64,000 bases of DNA, from NCBI RefSeq assembly GCF_033153115.1, contig NW_026889774.1, forward strand, positions 12,524,001 through 12,588,000, written 5' to 3'. The position numbers were made by a program, and so were the translations under genes. Position 1 is the stretch's first letter. Every line of letters begins with the position of its first letter. Source of the DNA: Saccostrea echinata. Lineage: Eukaryota. The notes below the pieces were generated by a model. That model did not search any database, was not told the origin of the DNA, and saw only the letters and a program-made list of their open reading frames with translations. Positions 51,001 to 63,384 of the stretch are shown here, piece by piece.

Positions 51001-54000
51001 TTTTTTTGATTTATGGTTTCAAATGATGTTACATATAGTCTTATAATGTCAGAAAGGAAAATTATTGTTATTGAGGTAATAATGATAGAATTGTTTCTTG
51101 AGACAAAGTTTTACATAAATCAATGACAAACTATTTTCTGAAAAGATGAATACCCTTGAGTTACATTCCAAATTTTTTTTAATTTGATTAATAGGTCAGA
51201 TTTGTGTACCTCATTCTTTATTTTGTTAAAACAGTGCTTGGTGAATTGTGTGAAAAACTTATAGCAGTAAAACTTCCTTTTTACCAAATTAGGTATCCAT
51301 ATTAATGAAAATGGTTTAAAACCACCAAAACTATTTTGTCACAAGATTCTTTCAAGATGATTAATGCTGAGTAACTATGCTGATTACAATGGTTTCCATT
51401 TAAATATTAAAACATATTCTATTGTTTTTAGATTTTGTTATATATTTCATGGAGCTAAAATGAATTTACCTTTAGCACTGGAGAACAAATTCTTTGGTTG
51501 ATCCGAGTCTGCCCCCTCAACACTATCAGAGGCTAAAAAAAAATTATGATAAAAAAGCTTCTATGAAGTTAATGTGAAGATTTATCTCCCTTATACTAGT
51601 GTAAAACAACATGCATTGAACATAATAATATCACAATCTTTGTGAAAATCAGTATCACATAGCTAAAAGATGCAAACTACAAGTCAGTTTCTCTGATGGA
51701 ATTTGCAAGATGGGTAGAAGTCTTTATCTCGAAAATTCAACTGATCAATAAACCGACTAATTACAAAATGGCTACCATTTTAAGTTTAGAGGGGTACACT
51801 AAATGGTGACACTTACTGCTTTCTCCACTGTGCTCCCCCTCCTCATGATGAGATTCCAGGTCGTCATCATCATCTAACTCCACGGGGATTCCATACACTC
51901 TGGAAAAATAGGAAATACAATAACAGTTTACCACCATTATGACTGGAAACCAACTATTCAATACAAAAGTTTAAGCAAAATTTTTGAAGGAGTGAATCAA
52001 ACAGAAAAGTAAATTGTTCAACATAAATTTGATACAAAGTGAAATGGATTTACCTGAACATTGTCAGTGGGCAGTAGTGTTCCTCTCCATAGTGAGTGAG
52101 CATTTCAACCTTTACATATTTCACATAAAAATCGTTTTCCACTTTGGTTTGAAACTTGTCCAACCCTCTGTTCTCAGTTAATGTAAACACACCTAGATGC
52201 TGATATTCTTTGGTTGGATATCTGTGCAAAAAAGATTTTTAAAAAAGAAAACTCACATGCTAATTCACAAGTAGAACTAATGCACAGTGTATTAAGTTTC
52301 CATCAGATATTTTGATTACTGTAAAATCACTTATTTTCGTGGGGTCAAATTTTCATGGTTTGAGGAAAAATTACTGGTTAGAGGGTAAATGATTTCATGG
52401 TTAGATGAGAAATATTTTACTTCAGTGAACAGTTTTCATATTTCGTGGGGGACATGAATTTGTGAGTCTCTTCAAACCACAAAAACAATGAAAATTAAAC
52501 CCTCACAAAAATAAGTGATTTCACAGTAACACTTGATTGATACATCTATTCAGTTTGAATTCCTATAAATACAAAACTTTCCAATAGACTTACCTGTCAC
52601 TCACATTGACACTGATGTTTTCTGGTCTTGAAGAAAACAGTTCAAAACTACCGGCCTCAATTTCATTGATGTAGATGGGTTCACACAGTTCAATCACAAA
52701 CCTAAAATAATTAAATGTACATGTATAATTAAATCTTAATGCATTCAAACAAAAGAATGGCAATATAATCTCCTCTAGACTTGTTTGTGTGCCTTGTCCA
52801 GAATTTGGATCCACCCACCATTTTTTGGTGACAGCACAGCGATTGATCATGTATTCATCTTTATTGTTGGTCAAAATTCGATCCACATTTTCTGCCTCAG
52901 GGTTGCTGGCCAGAATCTTAGCCCCACAGTCTTTAGAAGCATAATTCACCTTTTTTCCATTCTTTTTCTTAGGAGTTGTTACCCCTTGTTCTGACATTTC
53001 AGCTAAACATCAAGAAAAAATCATAATATATATATATATTATATATTAAAATTGATTTCATAGTTAAAGGGGAAATATTATAGACTCTATAACAGACTCT
53101 AATCAAAAAATTTAATTATAAAATTTAAAATAAAGTATAAAAATCATTAGGTATATAATTCTAAGAATTATCTGACACTGCACATGTGTTGGCAAACTGC
53201 AATATCTAGCACTTTGACATATATAAAAAACAAAAATTTAATTTGTAAATTTTTATCATTTAAAGTTTTAAAAAGGAAAAAAGATTTGAGTTTAAGTTGA
53301 AACAAATGCTTATAATTAATTTTTTTAAAACAGAGAACACACAAGTGTTTAAACTGTACACTGTATACCTTTCTGTTTGTTTAGTGTTTAATCTGTACAC
53401 TGTATACCTTTCTGTTTGTTTTTTTCCTCCTCGGCTAATGCTTTTTGTCGCCATTCAGAAAATGTTTCAAAGTCCTTCTCAGCAGATTCATCCTTTGCCT
53501 TATATAACAAAAGAAAACCCGAAATGAACAAGAATTTCACAAAACAGCCCAATAACTATCATAAACATCTACTTTACAAAATGTGGAACTCTTCTGTATT
53601 CTTCTTTTACCTCTTTGACCACAGGTTGAAGGGTCAGAGATACAGGTTCCCCCTGGGTCTGTGTGGAGGTTCCAGCAGGCTGCTGGGGTAGGTTCTGTTC
53701 ATTGTCTGGGGGTGGAGCTGGGATACCCTGGGGTTCTTTATCCAGAGTTTCTGCCCGAGAATCTGATTCTGGTTCCTTGACTTTTTCAGTGTCCTCCTGA
53801 GATCTGTTTTGCAAAAACAAACTCTTACACATAAAAATTACATCAGTTTAAAGATATACCTTGCTACATTGATTTTTAGTCCCCTACCGGTGAAACCGGA
53901 GGGGACTATAGGTTTCCTCTGAGTCTGTCCGTCCATCTGTCTGTCTGTCTGTCCCTCTGTCTGTCTGTCAGTCTGTCCCACTTGGTTTTCCGCACTTTTT

Positions 54001-57000
54001 TCCTAAACACTTGCAGATATTGAGCTGATTTTTGGTATGTGAGTGTATCTTGATGAGTTACAGATCAAGTTTGCATTTCGTTCCGCTTCATTGATTTTTG
54101 ACGGAATTACGGCCTTTTCAATTTTTACGGGTTTTCCGCAATTTTCTTCTAAACGCTTGTAGATATTGAGCTGATTTTTGGTATGTGGCTTTACCTTGAT
54201 GAGTTATAGATCAAGTTTGCATTTCGTTCCGCTTCATTAATTTTTGATGGAATTATGGCATTTTCAATTCTTAACGGGAACCAGATTACACTTGCCGGTA
54301 GAGGACTAGTATTGCTAATGCAATACTCTCAGAATGCTTGTTACTATAGATAAAGATCCTAAAATACCTTTTTTGTAAATTTTGTATGCAATGCCTGAAT
54401 GAAACTGACGAATCAAAAAATTTTCAACACACCTGTCCTGGTTTTCCTTAATTTTGTTTTCCTGTGTTCCCACATTCCCGGGATTTGGGGATTCCTTCCC
54501 TGCTATTCCTAAATCTGTGTTGTCAGTGGTAACTGTCCCTGAATCCTCACCTTTGTCTGTACTTTTTCCCTTATCTCTGTGCGGACATCAAAATAATTCA
54601 TTAATTAATACAGCAAAATAATCTATTAATTAATATAGCAATTAACAGAGCTTGACTTTTTATCCCCTCAATATTTTTCTCATAAATTTGAATTCTTTTT
54701 ACAATTTTTATTTTGTTTGCTATTATTTCCATTTGTTCTAAATATATCTGCATTTGATCTTGGTTATGCTCCCTCCCCCTTCAATCTGGTCACTTTTAAA
54801 GGGGGGATACATATATAGAGTTACCCATGTTTAGTACATGTAGTGCATCTTTGACATCCCACTTTTCCCTGTAAAAATATGTGAAGGATTACAATTTGGA
54901 CTTTCATATTTGCACTATGGATAGGTCTGATGAGGAGATGGGATTGCTTATAGGGTCACTGGATGTGGCTTCCACTGTTACAATGCACAAACAGATTTAT
55001 TTAATACAAAAACTTAATGAAGGTTTGAGTTGGGATCTGAGGTGACCCGTCATGGGGTAAAAAAAATGTAGCTTCTGTTGCTGATTTAGAATTTCAATAT
55101 CTTTGCAAGATATTTTTAAATAGTGTGAAATGGAACGTTATCATTTATATCATCTGATAGTATGATGAAAAGGTTATCTGAGATTGTTTTTGCTGTCAAA
55201 TAAAGCCTTTACATTTTCTCACACACATAACAACAAAACATCTATTTGACCAAGAAGTAGAACATCTAAAAGCCGTTACACAAAAATTCTTATCAGCACC
55301 TTTTTGCTCTAAACACAGAGAACTGATACACTTACTCTTGTTGATTTTGTGTGTCTTTTTCAGGTTCACTCTTGTGGGGTGGTTCTGTGCCTGACTCAGG
55401 GTCACCCTACAACAAGATGTTCATAGTCCAATACATTAGAATGCAGACAGATATTCATTCATTTCTTTTAAACATGAACCAAAATGCACCCTATGCATCA
55501 TTCATTAATTTATTCACTTATATGTTTGCTTTTTTTTTTTTTTTTTTTAAAAAGCAAAACTTAAATTAACTCTTTAAATTGTTGCTTCTATCAGTATATG
55601 GTACTAAGAAGTATGTAAATAAATTTAATTATAAATTTATTTTACTTTATATTATTTTAAACTTTCACGATATAATACTTATACAGTGTTATATATATTA
55701 AGAGGGTTGGGTGGTTGTGGCCATTTCCAGACTATATTGATCTCCTTTAGAAGAAGAGCTCCATATAAAGATATACAAAAATATCAAATTTTAAAACTAA
55801 AATGTATGAAATTTTTGTTTGCCAAATGACAGCTGACAGCTTAAGATATGTCTAAAAAATTAAGTTATATTTGATGGCTAATTTGTTGAGCCCCCAGCCT
55901 CCTTAAATTGTCATATAAAAAGCAGGACAGAAATAATAGCCATAATAAATCACTGAAGGGCAACTACTACACCGAGAGTTCATCATTCTGTCTGTATCAA
56001 GGCTGTATATTATAAGTTATAATTCTTCATTTGTCATGTCTAACACCAGAGTGTTCCTTTAGCGTATACTTTAAGACCTTTAATAAGCTTTCTATGGAAA
56101 AAAAAATTCCCCCAGAGAGATGATAAAGTTCACAGCCAAAGTGATGAACAAAAAGACAAATCCAGGACATATTTAAATAAATAAATACCACATTTGGTTG
56201 TCTGGAAAGACATGGCAAAACTTGGGAGAGTTTACAATGCTGTCAGTATAAACATCATTTCAATACAAGCTGCAGCTATTAAATGTGTCTTTTACAGTCT
56301 ATATTTTAAACATTAATATGAACTACAGTTTTCATCCATTTCATCTAAGACCTATGGCCTAAAAAGAAACTCGGAATCAAGCAGCAGTTTGAGAGAAGAG
56401 TTTGTTTTTTCTTAAATGCACCAAAATAAGCCAAAGAAACCACATAAAATGTCCTCAGACCAAAAAATTGATTTTTATTACACAAGAAATTCTGCTTTGC
56501 AAGCAAGACTGGCAAACAAAGCTAATTGACTTTCCAACCACGACATGTTCTTTAAATTACATGCAAACTTAATCGTGTCTGACATATCACACAAACTTTA
56601 TAATGGCCTTTACAATATTCTACACCTGTTACTTGGCAACAGATGGTGATTCACATACATATATATAAACGTAACAATTGCTGAAGCTGAAATTTGATCT
56701 AGAAAAGGACTTTTACCTGTTTGTTATTGGTAGCCTTTTCACTTTCTTCTCCATTTAGTTTCTGTTCACCTGATACATCTTTTACTGTTTCTTTATTCTG
56801 AAAAGTCAAAACAATATAAACTAGAGGTACTGTGAGCACTGAGCTCATAAAATGATACCCTCACTCCCATATGAGTATAATAGCAAAGTCCATGTCTTGA
56901 TATGGGAATTTAAAGACAAAAGATGAGTCCGATCAAAACATAAAAAAGTGGTGCACAATAGCACTATGTACTGTAAATCATGTTTATTTTCGCGTAATTA

Positions 57001-59160
57001 CGTGAACCTGTCCTCTCGCGAAAATTTTATTCTTGCATTTATTTGTATTGCTAAGGATTTTATATACAATAGAAACCACAGCGCGTGAAAATTTAGTCTC
57101 GCTTATAAACACTGAATATATATCTCACAAAAATAAGGTGTCGCGAAAATATAGAGATCTACAGTACTAAAGATTCTGAGAAAGTTTCATTAAATTTTAT
57201 TCAGTCATATAGGTGAGTTGGTGATAACAGATGGGTAGCCCCAATATATTAGGCGTAATAAAAAAATATGTTTGTTTACGGTTACCCGACCGACCCTATA
57301 TTTAATCGCCGACCCAGACTTTTTTTCATCGTAAAACCCGGAAGTCACTCGCCAGTCAGTTTAACTTTTACATGCATCTTAATCGGTTAAGAGTTTGAAA
57401 TCAAAATTGAAAGCACTAGAAACAAAAAGCACCACACAATGGTAAAACTGTTTTGTATTTCACCCAATTCATGTAAATTTGTTTATAAAAAAATCAATAA
57501 AATAAATAAAAACTCCTACCTACCGACCCTATTTTATTTCAGCATGTAACAGTAAACAAACATATTTTTTTGTTTGGCCTTATAGAAAGAATGGCAGTCT
57601 CCATGTTTTGCTATAGGAAACCCCAAACATGACTCTGATCAGAATATGAAATAGAGGTGTGTAATGGCAATAAAGATTTTGTGAAGGTCTCACTAAATTT
57701 TATTCAGTGGTAAAGCAGAAGTTGAGATTAAGAGATTGGTATCCCCAAGCCAAACGAATGTACAGTTGGACACCCCTATCATTATTTACCCCTACATTTA
57801 AAGCAGGGTATATTAAGACTCTCATAGCTAAACATTTTATAACATAATGCATATATTCTAGTAATGGTTTAAGAGTAATTAAATTGACACATATTGTGAT
57901 AATTATGCTTTAACAAAAATTCTATTTTTTCTAAATTCTTAGGCAATTTAAAAAAAAATTCATTGAAATATATATGATGTAATTTAAAGTAATTAGTATC
58001 ATTCATTTTATATTACCATGATTACAGGTAGGTTAATTAAAACACATTTCAATGACAAAGATGCCAATTGCATCATGTAGACATGTATTTAACCAAAATA
58101 CATGTCACTGAACTTTCTCATGCTTTGTAAACAGTGTGGCATGCTTGTGATTATGAGTGCACAGCTCTGCAGTTTATTGCATAAGGTTCAAGGATAGTCT
58201 ATCTCCTTAACTCTAGATCTGTCTGCCATATTTGTCTGCTAGAGTCAGAATTAATTTCCTTGATTATATCATCTTTTTTTTTGGCATGTCTTCTTTGCAT
58301 GGTTTCAGAATTATCACAAAATGTTAAATGACTACTGTAATTTAGAAAACCTGTCAAGTGTGATGTGTTAGGAATTTGAAACTGATGAAAGGGTGCACTG
58401 ATACTCATTTGATGTTTCATTTCAAATTGATCTCAAGCAAAACTGACTGGATATGTAGACCTTGATTATCAATAATTTAAATAAACATTTATGTGTTTCA
58501 CTATTTGAGAAGTGTGTCTGAAGAAGAACAAAGTTTTTAGAGCATAATATTAATATCTACTGATGCATTAAACTGTGAATGCTTTCTCAGTAATCATCAA
58601 TTCTACATATTATCTATTTCTTCTAACATGTCTTAATTTCTTCTTATTTTGCTAAAAGATCAATCAATTTTCATATGTGCACCTGCATACATGTGTACCA
58701 GGTATACCTCATTTTCCTTTTGAAGTACATAATCCCCTGTCAAATTCCCCAGACAAGATTGTTAAAGTTGTAGGTGTACCTTAAATCACCTCTCCGCAGG
58801 CTTATAACTGTTTATCTTTGTTGGAGTGTAGAAAAGAGTGCACAAGCTGGGACAAAAGGTGATCCGATACTGATAACCCATAAAAAACAGGAGTCGGTTG
58901 TGATTTCATTCAAGATTACATTCAAAGAAACAGAGAAATCCATTCACAGAAAGTTTATACCACCTAAACATAAAATCTGCAGTTCATAATGTCACAATGT
59001 ATGGTGGCCACTAATTAACACCAGTTATAGGTTTTATAATGCAATTGTATGTACCTGCGTCTGGTATTCCAAGTTAATGGCCTGTTCCTCCCCTGATGCT
59101 TTAGCATCCTCCACCTTTGGCCCTCCTCCACTCTCAACTGTCTGGTCCCCACTGGAAAAT
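45017..59160 (-). CDS. SUCO: SUN domain-containing ossification factor (ER membrane SUN protein), ~1300 aa plus unresolved N-terminus
   Basis: 21 phase-consistent exons: 59160-59055, 56797-56717, 55406-55336, 54576-54433, 53803-53611, 53498-53408, 53002-52819, 52701-52594, 52221-52054, 51899-51817, 51532-51470, 50372-50304, 50134-50041, 49756-49644, 49462-48582, 48155-47800, 47622-47511, 46713-46609, 46377-46119, 45749-45691, 45580-45017. Diagnostic FSEWRQK, NYASKDCGAKILASNPEA, WFVIELCEPI, FELFSSRP, KYVKVEMLTHYGEEHYCPL, coiled coil MRLTNRIKALETNVSLSSRFL, TM segment, basic tail. Confidence 0.93.
45855..46063. mobile_element. Tc1/pogo-type MITE
   Basis: TA-CAGTGCTCCCCCGTT ... AACGGGGGAGCACTG-TA. 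Confidence 0.85.
48246..48560 (+). mobile_element. HINE (intronic in SUCO)
   Basis: AACAAG start with TATGCC subterminal motif, internal repeat, (GACA)n, 3' hairpin GGATC..GATCC and GGCATAAAAA end. Confidence 0.7.
52319..52526. mobile_element. TA-flanked CTG...CAG MITE
   Basis: TA-CTGTAAAATCACTTATTTTCGTG ... CACAAAAATAAGTGATTTCACAG-TA. Confidence 0.8.
53875..54342 (-). mobile_element. HINE, inverted near-identical copy of 24370-24825
   Basis: The reverse complement aligns end to end (TAGTCCCCTACCGGTGAAACCGGAGGG ... CAATACTCTCAGAATGCTTGTT). Confidence 0.88.
56818..57815 (+). mobile_element. Old HINE carrying two nested MITEs (56971-57164 TA-type; 57252-57579 Zator/Harbinger-like)
   Basis: AAACTAGAGG...ATACCC start and TACCCC...GGGTATA end. 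Inner element 1 has TA-CTGTA...TACAG-TA; inner element 2 has 34-bp TIRs GGC.....AAAAAAATATGTTTGTTTAC.GTTAC and an exact TTA TSD (57249-51, 57580-82). Confidence 0.65.
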
Positions 59161-61267
59161 CTGTCAATACATCAATACATCATTTAATTTATTGAAGAGT
59201 ACTATAGTATATAAAAAGGTGAATATTGTGGGGGTTGTAGGAGTGGGAAATGGGGATGGAGGAAGTGTTATATAGCTGTCTTTTTTTTTTTTTTTACTGT
59301 ATAAAAATTGTAATGTATAATGAAACAGTCTTCATTCAACTGTAACATCCTGTATATAAAATGAGATTATTTTTTTTTGTTTTGTTTTGCAAACACTGTA
59401 CATATATAAATGTGGTCACATTATTTTAATCCAGAATATAGTTTCTAAAATTTTCAGTCTCTTACTATATAGATATTGTGTATAAATATGATATACATGT
59501 ACTAAATAATAATATGTAATATATAACTTAATATCACTGATTTTTATGCAATCTCTTTGACATTTTTCTAGGTCCACGTCAGATATTCTATATGAATGGG
59601 ATTTAAATGACTTTCTATTCTGGTATAAATCTTGACCTATATATTCCCATATTTACATAGTACAAGTACAGGTAAACGTAGAAAGGTATGTCATTCAGAC
59701 CAAAATCATAACAGTATCAACTCACGTGTATCAACATACATGTACATCATTCACTATGATTATACTTATAAATATACAAGCTGACCTTTAAAAGATTTCA
59801 AGAAACAGCATTATTTAAATGCCTAAAATAATTATTTAAGTAAAGGATGGGACTAGGTAATGGGTGCAGTCCAACGAAAATATTTTATGGACATATTTTT
59901 GTATTTTAACTTTTTAATGAATGTAGTAAATGTATTAAAAATAAATTTCAGCATGTGAAATTTTCTTAAACTGCCTATGTACTACTCCATCAAATTTAAT
60001 TAACAGTATTCATTCAGATGAGTATACATTAATTAAACTAGCAAAAATTACTAGTTCTCAAAACCTTTAGGATAATGACATATTCTAAAGGCCAGGTGCA
60101 TTCTCATCAAATGAACTTTGTTTTGTAAACAGATAAAAGTATAACTATAGCTGTTAACTTGTGTCACCACATGATACCTTGTAAAACTGATTTATCATTT
60201 TGACAATTAACAAAGTACATCAGTTGTGTACTTCTCCTCTCACTGCATGCCTGTGTCTATATACTTTGGACCTCTGTTGATTGAACTCAGCAGCCTTCAA
60301 ATTAAATATATCATCAATCTAATTTATAGATTTTAGCCAAAGTCCTGAGACTACAGAGGGGTTGGTTTAACCCCTTTGAATAAAAAATGTTACTGTGGTT
60401 CTCAACTTTTTCAAATTTCATTTATCAATTAATTTAAAATGTTTATCATTATTAATAATTTTACAGGTATAAATTGTATTATACATAATTAGAACTCACA
60501 GATTCTCAATTTATAAAAGTATTTAAAAAACTGGTTCTTGCATGATTGCAAAGAAAAACATTAACCATCAAGGCCACTGTTCTTTTTCTTAGAGCTGTGT
60601 ATTGATTACGACATTATAAATATCCTTCACACACATGCTTAATTTTTTTTTTTTTTTTTTTTTACATACTCACTGGATTTATTTTTGTTACCTTTTTGAG
60701 TCTCTATTATTTAGTGAGTGTTAAAATTATGGAAACAGGTCTTATTTATAATGGTTGCTAAAGTTCTTTATAAACGCATTTATTGTGGTTATGATAATTT
60801 TGTAACAACTTTCTGGTATGTAATTTGTTAACAATGATATTATCTCAATTTTGGACAAGAATTTATCTTTGAATAAACCTGTGGGTGATTAAATTAAGGA
60901 AGTTAGCTTTCCCCCCCATAATCAATACTGAATTCATGCAGTCATGGAAATAGAGTGTTTTCTTCAGCAACTTCAGTAGATTGGACAATGTGCTCTAAAT
61001 ATTGATCACAAGAAGATGTTTCAAATCATTTACCACTATGTACATTGCTAAAAATCCGATTTTTATCAATCCCCAATGGTTTTCCTCATATAACTATGTA
61101 ATTAAGTCTTACATGTATAGTTTGCATACATTGGGAAGTTTCTAGTATGCAGGTCCCCAGAATCACGCGATTGTGCATGAGCAGTTATTTCCCTTGCCAT
61201 TGCTATGCAGAATGTAAACAAACCGCCATTTTCCCCTCGCTTCAACAAAACGCATTCGATCGAGTGA

Positions 61268-61705
61268 TTAGGGTTAGGGTATATTGTTTTAAGATTGGAA
61301 CTGTTTTATAAATCCACTCTTAAATCTTCCTGACTTTGGGCTAATTCATGTAATTTTTGCTTACAAAAAGCACTGCCAAGTGCCTTTTGTGACCAAAAAC
61401 TTGCATGAATCAGCCTAATGTCGAACCGTGCCGATATACCATCTTATAGGAGTAAAGCATGAAACATGCAAAGCTTAAACAAACCGTTCATTTAATATGA
61501 CATTGTATGCGATGTACGGATTAGGGTTAGAGTATATATAGCTCGGATATTGTAACTGTTTTACATGTATATTCACCCATGCTCGCATCTATATCACTTT
61601 GGGCTTATTCATGCAATTCTTGCTTACAAAGAACTGGAAGAACAGGAAAGTTTTGCAAAACTTGGATGAATTAGCTTGATCTAATGTTGAAACATGCCCA
61701 ATATT
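61268..61705. repeat. Diverged tandem duplication (~255-bp period); each unit has TTAGGGTTAG and a ~75-nt hairpin
   Basis: Units start at 61268 and 61521; hairpins at 61339-61415 and 61602-61676. Confidence 0.7.
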
Positions 61706-61746
61706 GTGCGCGAAGTTTTGGCAAGTAATTGGTAAAAGCGACTTAC

Positions 61747-62020
61747 CGTTTACTTAAGCTCAATTTCCTAACCTCCTAATGTCCATTTCAGAATATTTTT
61801 TCTTTCAAATCAATGGTGATGCACAATTGAATCAACCAATTACTAGTAATTAGTTATCACTTGTTAAATCCCTGCATTTCTCACAAAAATCTTGCAATTT
61901 TAGTAGCATTTCACTTTGAGTCCTATTAGCTACTTCTTCCTCAGTCTTCATTACGTAAAAACACAAGTGATGCACGTCATGAATATTTATGAGATTACGT
62001 CAAAAACTGATCATGTGACC
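61747..62020 (-). promoter_or_regulatory. Putative SUCO non-coding first exon and promoter
   Basis: Strong donor ACG|GTAAGT at 61746 with stops in all three frames just upstream; cluster of TTACGTAA (61951), TGACGTGC (61972-79, minus strand), TTACGTCA (61995) and TCATGTGAC (62011). Confidence 0.5.
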
Positions 62021-62849
62021 ACATTCCTAAACAACGCAAAATGGAGTTTTATCTACTAAACAAGTACGTTATTTTACGAAACCTTTTAATTCTCATTTAA
62101 AAAACTGTGTTTAAAAACCAGTTTTTTAAACCCAATTTTTCACAAGGAACACGATTTTTGGCTCAATTTTGCGATTTGTGGCCTTTTTTATCGATTTTGT
62201 TGATCGCTCACTCGATCATATTATATTGAACACCGCCTTCGGCGGCACCTATTTTAGCGCCATATTTATAGGGACCGGTATACTAGAAGTGTTCCGCATA
62301 CATTTGTACAGAGATTACATCAATACGTGGTCAAGCATCAATGATAGTCCCTTAAATTCATACCTTGAGTAAGTACACTAGGTTAATGACAAGATTTACA
62401 AAAAAACATGTGATATACTGATGTATAATATGTTCTGCATTTTTATAATTTATATACATCAGACAGAAAATGTTGCATTTAATCTAGGTCCTTTTTTTTA
62501 TTTTTAGCTACTTTGTATCATTTCTCATTCATCTGCATGTCTTTTTGTATAGCTGAAAAGAGTATTATTTCACAAAAGGAAGAAAAATCAATTTGGACTC
62601 CTTTTACACACAATTTTTATAACATACATCATTTGAATTTATCATGTTTAGTGAAATTACAAGCGATTAGTCAGAGATTTGAAATATAATAACACTTACC
62701 CTAACAACAGATTCAATAACACCAACTGAATTAATCTGTCTGACTTTAACATGTTCTTCATATCAACTCATTACATCTCTTAACATTTTTACAGCTCTCT
62801 CTGACCGACTTTCCCCATTCTGTGTTGACTGTCTAAATTAGATAGCTCA

Positions 62850-63170
62850 ACTTCCGGCGACGTGTATCAATGTAATACGCATGCGTTTGGAAAACCCCTT
62901 CCAAGGGTTAATCGGTCAGTGTAATTATAGGTCAGGGGGTTCCAACTGCATATTTCTGAAGACCTTATATCGTTTATTCAATAACTTTTTTGTATTTATA
63001 AGTCATATTATCTTACATATACATTACAAAAGACCATAAATTAAGAAGAAGTCGACTCATAGACAATCGTTTTTTAAAAGACAATTTCCCGGAATATAGA
63101 ACTCTGATTGGTTTCTGCTTTTCATTTCATTTACTGCGAGCCTGTCATCTTGAAAGCTTCATTGGCAACA
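62850..63170 (+). promoter_or_regulatory. Putative promoter and 5' UTR of the divergent gene
   Basis: ETS-like ACTTCCGG (~62850), NRF1-like ACGCATGCGT (~62877), CTGATTGG (~63104), X-box-like GCTTCATTGGCAAC (~63156). Confidence 0.45.
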
Positions 63171-63206
63171 AAGAGCAAGTGCTTCTTCTTTTTCTTGATT
63201 ATCAAA

Positions 63207-63261
63207 ATGCCACCCAAAAAGAAGAAAGGAAAGGGGAAAGGAAAGAAGAAGAAGAAGGATG
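63207..63261 (+). CDS. First coding exon (MPPKKKKGKGKGKKKKKD) of a gene continuing beyond the window; likely a cilia-associated coiled-coil protein
   Basis: CAAAATG context, 18 codons plus 1 nt then GTAATC donor; Lys/Gly-rich MPPKKK starts are typical of several motile-cilia proteins, but the identity cannot be determined here. Confidence 0.65.
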
Positions 63262-63384
63262 GTAATCTATCGTTACATTTTCAATAAATAATTTCGATCT
63301 TTTGACGAAATAAGAAGTGAATATCTAACGTACATATTGAAAAACCACACGGCCCAAAATAATTTTAATGTTTACCCATTTACT

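Noticed and set aside
58779-58962. Candidate SUCO signal-peptide exon
   Set aside because: All three minus-strand ATG-initiated frames stop before the donor, and the flanking exons 59055 and 56797 already join in phase.
61268-61280. Telomere or interstitial telomeric array
   Set aside because: Only two TTAGGG units per site.
62233-62287. Helitron 3' end (CCGCCTTCGGCGG hairpin, then CTAG)
   Set aside because: The hairpin-to-CTAG spacing is long and no 5' end could be identified, so support is insufficient.
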